Below are positions 28,319 through 37,132 of a stretch of 64,000 nt of DNA, in pieces. The position numbers and the translations under genes were made by a program. This stretch comes from a virus. How positions within the stretch are numbered: the stretch's first letter is position 1; the number at the start of each line of letters is the position of its first letter. The notes beneath the pieces are model-generated. The model was not told where the DNA came from and ran no database searches. It saw only the letters and a list, made by a program, of their open reading frames with translations. The stretch is taken from positions 21,586 to 85,585 of the IMG/VR virus record IMGVR_UViG_3300024264_001700. One strand, given 5' to 3'.

Positions 28319-29655
28319 AAATCTAACTCCGGTATATATTGTTTATGATCAATTTTTCTAAAATTATCTAATACTTTTATTCTATTTTTAAAACTTTCAA
28401 AGTGCTTTTCATTACGAGGAGTTTGTATTTCGTGTATTACTAGATCTATTTTATGAACAATTTCAGGAAACTCTTTAAGTATCAATGAGTTTTTCTTATA
28501 TTCTTCTAATCTATCTATTGCAAGTATTTTATTTCTTTCAGAAAGATTATTTACTGCCTGTCCTTCTGGAAAGTAAAGTAAGTTTATGTTATAAGGCCAT
28601 TCTTTGAAATACGGATATTCTGTACTTTGTTCTTCTATCCAATATAACAAATCAGTTAAATTTAATACGTTTAATAAATTTACTGTGATATTAGTTGTTA
28701 ATTTAACATTATTAGCACTTAAATATGATTTTGCTTTTTTATAATTAGTCGAAAGTGCCGACCACTTACTAGGAAATCTACAATATTCTTGAACTTTTTC
28801 CGTACCGTCAATACTAGCAATGAGTTCAAACTTTTTAAAATGTGGCATAAAATCTAGAAAACTCTGATGTATGTTTGTTAAATTAGTAGCAACATGTACG
28901 TTAATATTTTGACTTAACCCATTATCAACTGCATATTGTAGTGCTTTGCTTACCCAAGGCATTAACGGTGGTTCGCCTCCGGCAAAACTTAATGTTTCTA
29001 TGCCAGGTAATATTTTACAGAAACTATTCCATATGTTTTCGTCATCACTCCAGTCTGGAACATCTATTCCTGCAAAATCTTTGTTGTTTTCTATTATGCC
29101 AGGCTTGTCTGATATCTTTTCAAATCTTCCTGTATTAACTTCAATTCCGCCATGTGTTTTTGCAAGTGCTTTTAATTCTTTTGCTATCTGACTGCTATCA
29201 TAACTGTTGCACATTACACATTTTAAGTTACATAAGTTGTTAGGTTTTAGTTCTAATCTCTTTGGAGTCTTATCAGAGTGTCCGTTGTTATCTAATATAT
29301 CGCTCACTCTGTTTAACACTTCTCTGTTATTTTTATATTCATTAACAGACCGTTGTCTCATACTTGCAATGCCATCTCTATAACAAATGTCACATGCAGA
29401 TAATTTTTCACCTTTATGCATTTTAGTTCTAATATCTTTTAAACTATTGCTATTCCAAACTTCTTCAAATGTATTGCCGTGAGATATAACAAACTGATCA
29501 TCAACGCCGCTGTCAAGTTCTGGTTTTAATGTATCAGCGTAATAGCAGCAAGGTTTTACATGTCCTGCAGGATTAGTGCTTAGTTCTAAAAAAGGATAAA
29601 AACAAAAAGTATCACTTTCGATTATTTCTTTACGTAACTTATCTACCTTATCCAT
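28315..29655 (-). CDS. radical SAM enzyme with N-terminal twitch/SPASM domain, subfamily A
   Basis: CFYPF..NPAGHVKPCC...CDIC, NNLCNLKCVMC, AGGEP. Start moved to ATG 29655. Confidence 0.92.
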   Translation of the reverse strand: MDKVDKLRKEIIESDTFCFYPFLELSTNPAGHVKPCCYYADTLKPELDSGVDDQFVISHGNTFEEVWNSNSLKDIRTKMHKGEKLSACDICYRDGIASMRQRSVNEYKNNREVLNRVSDILDNNGHSDKTPKRLELKPNNLCNLKCVMCNSYDSSQIAKELKALAKTHGGIEVNTGRFEKISDKPGIIENNKDFAGIDVPDWSDDENIWNSFCKILPGIETLSFAGGEPPLMPWVSKALQYAVDNGLSQNINVHVATNLTNIHQSFLDFMPHFKKFELIASIDGTEKVQEYCRFPSKWSALSTNYKKAKSYLSANNVKLTTNITVNLLNVLNLTDLLYWIEEQSTEYPYFKEWPYNINLLYFPEGQAVNNLSERNKILAIDRLEEYKKNSLILKEFPEIVHKIDLVIHEIQTPRNEKHFESFKNRIKVLDNFRKIDHKQYIPELDL

Positions 29656-30907
29656 TATATTGCTCCAATATATTGTGAAACTCTGGAAATGTATCTTGAA
29701 AACTTGTGTTTCGAATCTTATCAAGACCTTGAATATAATCTAGGTATTGCGGATATAACTCCGACAAGTCTTCTTGATACATAAAATCTATTTGATGAGA
29801 AATCTTTTCATTCCATTGTTTGTTGTCGGGCAATTTTAAGCTAGCCCATTTGTCTTTTATTTTATCTTTTATTTCTTTAGGAAACATTTGCGTACAAAGA
29901 TATCTCGGCCAATGTACTGTTCCTGCATGGAATAATCCATTATGGTGTCTTATACCTATTTTTTTAAAGTTTTGTTCAAGTAACGATGTAGCAAAGTCTG
30001 GAATATAAAATATATTCATTGCATGTACTGTGCAAAGTATTTTTACTTCAATATTATCAGGTGTATTATCTAATGTATTTAGATTTTCTTGTATAACATT
30101 CCAGTCAGCCGGATATCTCACATAATCATGATGCTTGCCCCAGGCATCCATACTAATCATTAGTTCTACATATCCAAACTCTTTCCAAAGTTCTAATACT
30201 TCTTCTGGCAATACTGTACCGTTTGTATGATATCTTAGATTAATATGCTTACTATGTCCTGTCTCTACAAGTTTTCGTAGCATTCTATGATGTTCTTTTA
30301 TAAGCAGAGGTTCGCCACCGGCAAAAATCATATGACGTATGTTTGCAAACATAGGCTCAAAGTCTTGCCATAGTTTTTCTTTTTTGTACCATTCGAACTT
30401 TGTAGTATCAATTTCTAGTTTGTGCTTCCAATCCCACTTTGCATCTGACTTTAATTCTTCTGCTAGTTTTTTAGCAGGATTTAACCACATACTGCTGTCT
30501 TGAGGCCTACACATCACACATTGTAGATTACAAGTATTGCCTAATCTAAAGTCTAGTGTTACTAAATCTTCTTCGAGTGTGCCGTCTTCTTGTGTAGCTT
30601 CAACTAAACTGTTGATTTTATCCTCGCCTAGTTCTCGTTTCCATAATGTATTTTCATTAATACGATGACTGCGGATGCCTGCTGATTCTTCTTTATAGCA
30701 GTGTTCGCATGCCATGACTTTTTGTCCAGACAACATCTTTTTTCGAGCATCTTTCCAATGTTCGCTGTTCCATATTTCACTTACTGTTTGATCGTTTAAG
30801 TTATGCTTATAACTGTTCTTAGCAACACAGCATAGTAAGGCACTGCCGTCAGTCCATGTAGCCATGTGTGTCCAAGGTAAAACGCAAAATGTTTTCGATT
30901 CAGTCAT
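29648..30907 (-). CDS. radical SAM enzyme with N-terminal twitch/SPASM domain, subfamily A
   Basis: CVLPW..WTDGSALLCC...CEHC, GNTCNLQCVMC, AGGEP. Confidence 0.92.
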   Translation of the reverse strand: MTESKTFCVLPWTHMATWTDGSALLCCVAKNSYKHNLNDQTVSEIWNSEHWKDARKKMLSGQKVMACEHCYKEESAGIRSHRINENTLWKRELGEDKINSLVEATQEDGTLEEDLVTLDFRLGNTCNLQCVMCRPQDSSMWLNPAKKLAEELKSDAKWDWKHKLEIDTTKFEWYKKEKLWQDFEPMFANIRHMIFAGGEPLLIKEHHRMLRKLVETGHSKHINLRYHTNGTVLPEEVLELWKEFGYVELMISMDAWGKHHDYVRYPADWNVIQENLNTLDNTPDNIEVKILCTVHAMNIFYIPDFATSLLEQNFKKIGIRHHNGLFHAGTVHWPRYLCTQMFPKEIKDKIKDKWASLKLPDNKQWNEKISHQIDFMYQEDLSELYPQYLDYIQGLDKIRNTSFQDTFPEFHNILEQYNG

Positions 30908-32021
30908 TTAAATTCCATATCTCTTTAAAAGAAGGTACCATTTCTAAAAAGTTTAAGTTTCGTTCTTTATCTAGACTACTAATATTTTCTTTTACTAGCT
31001 GCCAGCTATCTATTTGATCCTCACTTAATCTTTCGATCGTAACTTTGTAGGGATTATCAATTATAGCATAGTTATAGTCTAAATTCAACCGATTAAATTT
31101 TTCTATAAGATTATGTTTGGTACTACTAGGCAACGAACTTAGTTGTTGCCAATGCGGCCATCTAATCCAATCCCATTCTACCTTCCACAAAGGCAAATTA
31201 TTGTGTATGTAATCTACCAATTTATCTAGTTCTAATACATTAACTAAATTTACTACAGTGTGAATAATAAAATGCACGTTACTTTTATGTTGCCACCATT
31301 CTTCAAATGTTTTAATTATCGAAATACAATCATCAAATTTAGAAGGCCATCTATACCAATCGTTTGCAGTATATATACCGTCCATGCTTACACACAAATA
31401 TACATTATTACATTGTTCGATTAAATCTTTTAGTTCTTGATCAGGTAATATAGTTCCGTTAGTACAAATTTGTAAATTTACTTTAGTTAAATCTAAACTA
31501 CGTAACAGTTTCTTAAATTTAGCACCTTCCATAAAAGGCTCGCCGCCTATAATCTTTAGATCAGTTACATCTAATAAATCCCACTTTTCAAAATCAAAGT
31601 CATTTTTTAAAAATCCCTTTGTTTCTACTCTATTTGCTTTTTTATCTTCAGCTTGCCATTTACTACTAAAAAATCCACTACAATGCGCACATGCTAAGTT
31701 ACATAGATTGCTAAAACTTACTTCTAATTGTTGTACTGGCACAGTTTTATTTTCAGTAGGTGTAAATTTTGAAAGACTATGCTGTCTCATACTGCGTAGG
31801 CCGTTGCGCTCATCTTGATAGCACCCGTGACAACCTTCTACAGATTCTCCAGATAGCATTTTATCTCTAATGTCTTTCCAATGCGCTGTATTACGCACAC
31901 GATCATTCCAAACATAGCTATCTTCTTCGTCAATGTGAGGATATCTACAGCAAGGTATTGTTAAGCCGTTTGGCCTAATAGCCGCTGCAAAAAAAGGATA
32001 TGAACAAATAGTCTTATTCAA
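30900..32021 (-). CDS. radical SAM enzyme with N-terminal twitch/SPASM domain, subfamily A
   Basis: CSYPF..RPNGLTIPCC...CHGC, SNLCNLACAHC, IGGEP; TTG start. Confidence 0.92.
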   Translation of the reverse strand: MNKTICSYPFFAAAIRPNGLTIPCCRYPHIDEEDSYVWNDRVRNTAHWKDIRDKMLSGESVEGCHGCYQDERNGLRSMRQHSLSKFTPTENKTVPVQQLEVSFSNLCNLACAHCSGFFSSKWQAEDKKANRVETKGFLKNDFDFEKWDLLDVTDLKIIGGEPFMEGAKFKKLLRSLDLTKVNLQICTNGTILPDQELKDLIEQCNNVYLCVSMDGIYTANDWYRWPSKFDDCISIIKTFEEWWQHKSNVHFIIHTVVNLVNVLELDKLVDYIHNNLPLWKVEWDWIRWPHWQQLSSLPSSTKHNLIEKFNRLNLDYNYAIIDNPYKVTIERLSEDQIDSWQLVKENISSLDKERNLNFLEMVPSFKEIWNLND

Positions 32022-33303
32022 CGCCTAGTTCCTTTGCAAGTTCAGGAATAGCATCTTTAAAACTTTCGTTTCTAGTCTTGTCTAGCATACGAGTATAATT
32101 TAAAAAGTTTTTCATTAGTGTTTCATGATCTTGATGCTGTTCTTTGCGCATTAGATTAATGATGCCCTGAATTGTAGTTTTAATTCTCGGTTCATTTAAT
32201 AGCTTACCTTGATACGACTCTAAATTAAGTGCAGCCTTTTCTCTAATATGCTGCGGTAGTATTGTTACATCTAAGTAAAACGGATGATCGTTTATCAAAT
32301 AGTCAATGCCAATTGGCCTGTCGTATTTTTCACTAATAGAATCTACATAATATAGCATATTATGACAATCTAAAACATTATAAGTTTGTACAACTGGTGA
32401 AACGTCTAAATTAACATTTTTTAGTTGTGCAATCTTTTGAAAGTTTTCATCAATTTTTTTCCACTTGCTAGGCGAGCGTATATAATCATTTACTTTTTCG
32501 TATCCATCTAGGCTACAATTAATTTTTATGTTAGAAAACTTACTAATTAGACTTAAAAATTTATCAGTTACGTTTGTGCAGTTAATGTTAAAGAATATTT
32601 CAATCTTATCTTGATATCCTGCTGCAACTATTTCTTCCATAAATCTATAATTGTTGTTTATAAGAGTAGGCTCGCCGCCGGTCATATAAACTTTACTTAA
32701 ATTTGGAATAAGACCTATAATCTCATTCCATAAAAAGTTACTATCAAAATTTAAGTCGCTGTCTTTTAAGAAAGTAGGATTTGGTCCCCAGTTATTATTC
32801 CAAAATTCTTTGTATTCTTCACTTTTTTCGTATGAGCTAAAGTGTTCTTTAGCAATTTGACTGCTATTAAACGGATTACACATACGACATTTAAGATTAC
32901 ACAAGTTTCCTAGTCTAAGATCTAAATATACAGGTGGTAATTTTACTTCGTAGTTATTTTCTTTTGCACTATTAATAAAGTTGTGCAGTTCGGGTCCTAG
33001 TCTATTACGCCACTCAGCAGTCATTCTAGTTCTAAAGCTATCTAAGCCTATACTTTCTTGTTTGTAACAATGCTTACACGCTTCTACTTGAACACCGTTG
33101 AGCATATCTTTTCTAGCATTTTTAAAAACTTCACTGTTCCATGCATCTTCTACACTGTTTTTGCCAACCATCATAGGAGATCCATCTGCATTACGTGCAA
33201 AGGCTGTTGGGCCGCTTGCAATACAGCAATAACGCATTTTACCATCAGTGTTTAACATAGTACTAATAAATGGCATAGCACAAAAGGTTTTTGATTTTCT
33301 CAT
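32014..33303 (-). CDS. radical SAM enzyme with N-terminal twitch/SPASM domain, subfamily A
   Basis: CAMPF..NTDGKMRYCC...CKHC, GNLCNLKCRMC, TGGEPT. Confidence 0.92.
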   Translation of the reverse strand: MRKSKTFCAMPFISTMLNTDGKMRYCCIASGPTAFARNADGSPMMVGKNSVEDAWNSEVFKNARKDMLNGVQVEACKHCYKQESIGLDSFRTRMTAEWRNRLGPELHNFINSAKENNYEVKLPPVYLDLRLGNLCNLKCRMCNPFNSSQIAKEHFSSYEKSEEYKEFWNNNWGPNPTFLKDSDLNFDSNFLWNEIIGLIPNLSKVYMTGGEPTLINNNYRFMEEIVAAGYQDKIEIFFNINCTNVTDKFLSLISKFSNIKINCSLDGYEKVNDYIRSPSKWKKIDENFQKIAQLKNVNLDVSPVVQTYNVLDCHNMLYYVDSISEKYDRPIGIDYLINDHPFYLDVTILPQHIREKAALNLESYQGKLLNEPRIKTTIQGIINLMRKEQHQDHETLMKNFLNYTRMLDKTRNESFKDAIPELAKELGVE

Positions 33304-34220
33304 TACTTTTCGATATCTATAAGTTTTCTAGAATTTCTAGATGGATTTTGGTAAACTGATTTAAAGAATTTACTTTGTTGTGCATTCAACGGCTGTTCTG
33401 CAATAGGAATGTTTAGTTCATTAATTAATTTAATTCCATATTCTTCTATTTCATAATCAACATCTTCAATTGATTCGAAAGACACTTTCCATAAATCATT
33501 TAAGTATTCAAAATCTCTCACATTTATAAAATCCCAATCTGTACACATTGTCATATGCAATCCTGCACGGGCGCCGAGAATTGCCCATTCACCATGTTCT
33601 GCATCAGCACCTATCATTAACCAAATATATAAACGTTGTAAATTTTTCCAATGTCCTTTTACTAAATCATATTTGCTAGTACGCACACCTTCGTCCAGCG
33701 TCATCTTAACACCTTCACGGAAACCTGCACGCCATGCTTGCTGCGGTGTTGCATTATTATGCACAGTTGAAAAACAACTATTTTGTTGAATATAATTTAA
33801 ATCCCAACAAAAGTCTACTTGTGCATGTGGATTATCGTCTGGCGCATTTTCATGCGTTTTCATATTAAGAACATAATCTTTAGGCCAACATTTTATGCCG
33901 CCGTTGCCGTACATTAACCCGTTAATTATATTTTTGCCGCACCAACTTATTACACTATTTTCTAAATTAGATAATTGATCAAACGGTATTTCTTGATTTA
34001 TAAACGAACCATCTATTTTATTATCGGCGTCTACTGTAATAAAACGTTCTGTTTCACTTAGTTTTGCACATGCTTTATGCGCTGCATCTGATCCTTCTAC
34101 CCCGTGTACACGTTTAGCCCAAGGAACTTTACTACACAAATCTGCATAGTTTTTTTCTGCATTTGGTTCATCATATGACAAATAAATAATATCACAGTCT
34201 GCTACTCTAAAGTTATTCAT
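33303..34220 (-). CDS. GT-A glycosyltransferase-like protein (paralog of 26388-27071)
   Basis: LSYDEPNAE, RVHGVEGSDAAH, FITVDAD (DxD), YGNGGIK, WRAGFREGVK. Start moved to ATG 34220. Confidence 0.65.
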   Translation of the reverse strand: MNNFRVADCDIIYLSYDEPNAEKNYADLCSKVPWAKRVHGVEGSDAAHKACAKLSETERFITVDADNKIDGSFINQEIPFDQLSNLENSVISWCGKNIINGLMYGNGGIKCWPKDYVLNMKTHENAPDDNPHAQVDFCWDLNYIQQNSCFSTVHNNATPQQAWRAGFREGVKMTLDEGVRTSKYDLVKGHWKNLQRLYIWLMIGADAEHGEWAILGARAGLHMTMCTDWDFINVRDFEYLNDLWKVSFESIEDVDYEIEEYGIKLINELNIPIAEQPLNAQQSKFFKSVYQNPSRNSRKLIDIEK

Positions 34221-35049
34221 TTTGTGCCTTTCTATTACAATCATATGCAACTGTTGTATATATACTTAATTGTTCTAGGTCAGATTCTTGATCAAATATG
34301 AAAGGAATTTTTGCAGTAATTTCTTCTCTTTTCTCTAAAATTAACCATATCAAATTGTCCTTTATGTATAAACCGCCTGTAGGTGTATCTTTCCTATTAG
34401 TAAATACACTATCAATTACAACCTTATCTAAATCAATATCTAAATAATCATTAGTTAAACAATAAATTTTGTTATTGTGAAATACATGATCTCCAGGGTA
34501 GTATACTGAATCTTTTTTATTATCCTTTACTTTAATACCTTTGTATACATGTTCGTCTTTATAATCTTTAGAGGTTTGATAAAGGTCAAACTCTAAAAGT
34601 CTTATTAATTTACGAGGATCATGTCTTTTTGTTATACTACATTTGAAAAGTCTATGATTGCCTATATTCTTCGATATAACAGTATTATAAAACTCTGTGC
34701 CTATCGTAATTTTCCATACTTTTGAGTCAACTATTTGTTCAATTGTAATATCACCGTGTTTTTTAAACAAAATTTCTTTAAAATTATTCCAGTTTAATAA
34801 ATCTTCTGAAGCAGTTTTACTTATTAGTTGATACAATTTATCTTTTTTATTATACTGTACACAAAAATCATTTAGAGATTTTTCTTTTGATTTAATTTGT
34901 TTTTCTTCTAACTCATTAATTTCTACTTTGGAAGTATTTTTATCATTATCGTCAGGTCCAACTTTCCATACATCGCCTGATTTAGTATCATAGTATGCAA
35001 AAGTTTTATTTGGAACTTGTGTATTTTTTATAAGGTCAAGTAGATCCAT
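34213..35049 (-). CDS. hypothetical protein
   Basis: 278-aa ORF overlapping both neighbours; contains YYPGDHVFHNNKIY, similar to the CBM-like repeats of the giant protein. Confidence 0.7.
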   Translation of the reverse strand: MDLLDLIKNTQVPNKTFAYYDTKSGDVWKVGPDDNDKNTSKVEINELEEKQIKSKEKSLNDFCVQYNKKDKLYQLISKTASEDLLNWNNFKEILFKKHGDITIEQIVDSKVWKITIGTEFYNTVISKNIGNHRLFKCSITKRHDPRKLIRLLEFDLYQTSKDYKDEHVYKGIKVKDNKKDSVYYPGDHVFHNNKIYCLTNDYLDIDLDKVVIDSVFTNRKDTPTGGLYIKDNLIWLILEKREEITAKIPFIFDQESDLEQLSIYTTVAYDCNRKAQNE

Positions 35050-35888
35050 TAATTTTCTCGCTTTGATTCATAAAGAGATATAAGTTTATCGTTACAAAAA
35101 TCTTTTTCAGTATAATGAAATATTCCAGTTTGTATATAATTTCCGACAATAAGTTCTACTTCATCATTTACAAAATAGTCAATTCTGTCTTGCCAGGTAT
35201 CTGCTATCTTTTTCCAACCCTGTACATTATTTTTCATATGTGTAAATGTAGGTATACTTATTCTATCATTTGTTACTTGATCTTCGATATTAAGAATTTT
35301 AATAACCAACGATGCTGCTACATCTATACTTAAAAATTTAGGAGTATTCTTTGATATAAATTTAAAATAAAACGCTTCATAGTTATTACAAACTATTTCT
35401 AACATCTTATAAAAATTCATTGCAGTATCACATTTTTTAAAATAATGAAATCCTACATATGTATTAGGTAAGTCATTTAATTGAAATGCCTTTCTATAAT
35501 AACTATTTTGTATACGATCACCTCTATATGTTTTTACATTTTTTACAAAATACAATTCATAATTATTTAAAATTTTCCACCACGAAGAAATGTCTTGTAA
35601 TACAATCATATCAGTATCCATTACAATAGTTTCGTCATATGGTGATGCATGATAAATCTTCCAACGATTTGAAACTTTCCATGTATCATTAACAGCTGAA
35701 TCATTCCAGGGAATATCAATTATTTTATCAAATATATTTTTATAGTTTTTATCTACAGGATCATTTGTAATTAAGCTTACTTTTGTATTAGGATTAGTAT
35801 GTATTATACTTAACGCATTTAAATATGCTTGTTTGACATAGTCGGTTTCATCTGTATTCTGTGCCAACATTACTATGCCCTTAGTCAT
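35049..35888 (-). CDS. GT-A glycosyltransferase (GT8/mannosyltransferase-like)
   Basis: MTKGIVMLA..DYVKQA, SPYDETIVMDTD (DxD), FTHMK. GGAG RBS supports ATG 35888. Confidence 0.75.
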   Translation of the reverse strand: MTKGIVMLAQNTDETDYVKQAYLNALSIIHTNPNTKVSLITNDPVDKNYKNIFDKIIDIPWNDSAVNDTWKVSNRWKIYHASPYDETIVMDTDMIVLQDISSWWKILNNYELYFVKNVKTYRGDRIQNSYYRKAFQLNDLPNTYVGFHYFKKCDTAMNFYKMLEIVCNNYEAFYFKFISKNTPKFLSIDVAASLVIKILNIEDQVTNDRISIPTFTHMKNNVQGWKKIADTWQDRIDYFVNDEVELIVGNYIQTGIFHYTEKDFCNDKLISLYESKREN

Positions 35889-36438
35889 TTTCAAACTCCT
35901 TATTAATAGCCCTACCTAAACTAAATTTATTCATAGCATGAATAGTTAAATCTTTTGTTTTAATAAGTGTATATTCTCCAGTATAATTTTCTTTTTGTAT
36001 TAAAAATATAATCTCATTATTATCTAATTTTATTACAACATCTCTATCTAAAATATGATATAGTCTACCAGATAACGGTGCTGCAAACGTTCCTTTTTGA
36101 AATCCATTCATTATGTGAATAGCAATACTAAAAACAAAATCGTTTCTAAACAGAGCTGGTACTTGATATGAAGATTTATAGTGCCACCAGTTATGTTCGA
36201 TATGTTTAGCTAAATTAAAAAATATGTCATTATTTTTAGTTTTCCTAAAGAAAAATATAGTTGCCCAGTAAAACTCAACACTAGCATCACTTATATGCTT
36301 AAACTCAGATTGATCTCTCCAGTCAGCTAAATCAAAAGAGTCTTTATATATCTGAAAATCTTGTAGGCTAGAAAAGGCTTCCTTTAATTTATCATTACAT
36401 ATTATTATGTCAGTATCCATTACAATTGTTTCGTCATA
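35611..36438. repeat. 28/29-nt direct repeat between the two tandem glycosyltransferase paralogs
   Basis: tcagtatccattacaatagtttcgtcata (35611-35639) vs tcagtatccattacaattgtttcgtcata (36410-36438); both encode YDETIVMDTD. Confidence 0.85.
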
Positions 36439-36723
36439 CGGACTTAACTCATATGACAAAGTTCGAGAATTATTGCGCCATGGAAGTCGATACTGAGATA
36501 AAGAACCGTCAAAATAAGTTTTAATATTTGATTTTAAATTTTCTTCATTTAATTTAATAACATTATCAAAAACTTCAAAAGATTCTGCATAACCTACAGA
36601 ATCTGTCACAACGGATACTGGAAGATCTAAATAAGTTTTACACCTTTTGGCAACAAACGCTGCTTGCTTTACATAATCTACTTTTTCGTTATTATTTGCA
36701 AATAATAATATACCTTTAGTCAT
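35881..36723 (-). CDS. GT-A glycosyltransferase (GT8/mannosyltransferase-like), tandem paralog
   Basis: MTKGILLFA..DYVKQA, SPYDETIVMDTD, FRNDFVFSIA, IHAMNK. Confidence 0.75.
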   Translation of the reverse strand: MTKGILLFANNNEKVDYVKQAAFVAKRCKTYLDLPVSVVTDSVGYAESFEVFDNVIKLNEENLKSNIKTYFDGSLSQYRLPWRNNSRTLSYELSPYDETIVMDTDIIICNDKLKEAFSSLQDFQIYKDSFDLADWRDQSEFKHISDASVEFYWATIFFFRKTKNNDIFFNLAKHIEHNWWHYKSSYQVPALFRNDFVFSIAIHIMNGFQKGTFAAPLSGRLYHILDRDVVIKLDNNEIIFLIQKENYTGEYTLIKTKDLTIHAMNKFSLGRAINKEFEND

Positions 36724-37066
36724 AATCTACTAATTTTTCTACTGATCTTTGAGATTTTAATTTGTTATACTCGGTTAGGTAAGTATTAGATGCAGAAAAG
36801 TATACATCGAGTATATCAACTAAGAAAGAATTTATATTATCTACATTTACAGGTATATTATTATCATCTATTAAAACTGTATTGTCATTGTCGTTTTCAT
36901 TTAATAAATTTACAAAATTTATTAATTCTTTAGTTACAGTAAACTGACATCCATTATAATAATACAACGTATTTTCTATAAATTGTTCATTTAAAATACG
37001 CTTTTGATTTGATAATGTTACCATGTAATTAGAAAAGTTTAGTGCTTTTTCTAAACGCTCGTCCAT
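36716..37066 (-). CDS. hypothetical phage protein
   Basis: GGAG RBS before ATG 37066; first gene after the promoter at 37093-37121. Confidence 0.75.
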   Translation of the reverse strand: MDERLEKALNFSNYMVTLSNQKRILNEQFIENTLYYYNGCQFTVTKELINFVNLLNENDNDNTVLIDDNNIPVNVDNINSFLVDILDVYFSASNTYLTEYNKLKSQRSVEKLVDYD

Positions 37067-37092
37067 ATATTTCTCCATATAACTGTAGTTAC

Positions 37093-37121
37093 AGTATATA
37101 ACAGAAATATATATTTGTCAA
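37093..37121 (-). promoter_or_regulatory. sigma70-type promoter TTGACA-N17-TATACT heading the enzyme island
   Basis: TTGACA 37121-37116, TATACT 37098-37093, in the intergenic gap. Confidence 0.7.
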
Positions 37122-37132
37122 ACAATAAATGA

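Noticed and set aside
5113-37066. Classical RiPP, NRPS or PKS biosynthetic cluster
   Set aside because: No convincing precursor peptide, protease, exporter, carrier protein or assembly-line enzyme was recognised.
37082-37095. Small inverted repeat ACTGTA-gt-TACAGT as a terminator
   Set aside because: Only a 6-bp stem with a 2-nt loop and no U-tract. It overlaps the -10/+1 region, so at most it is a weak operator candidate.
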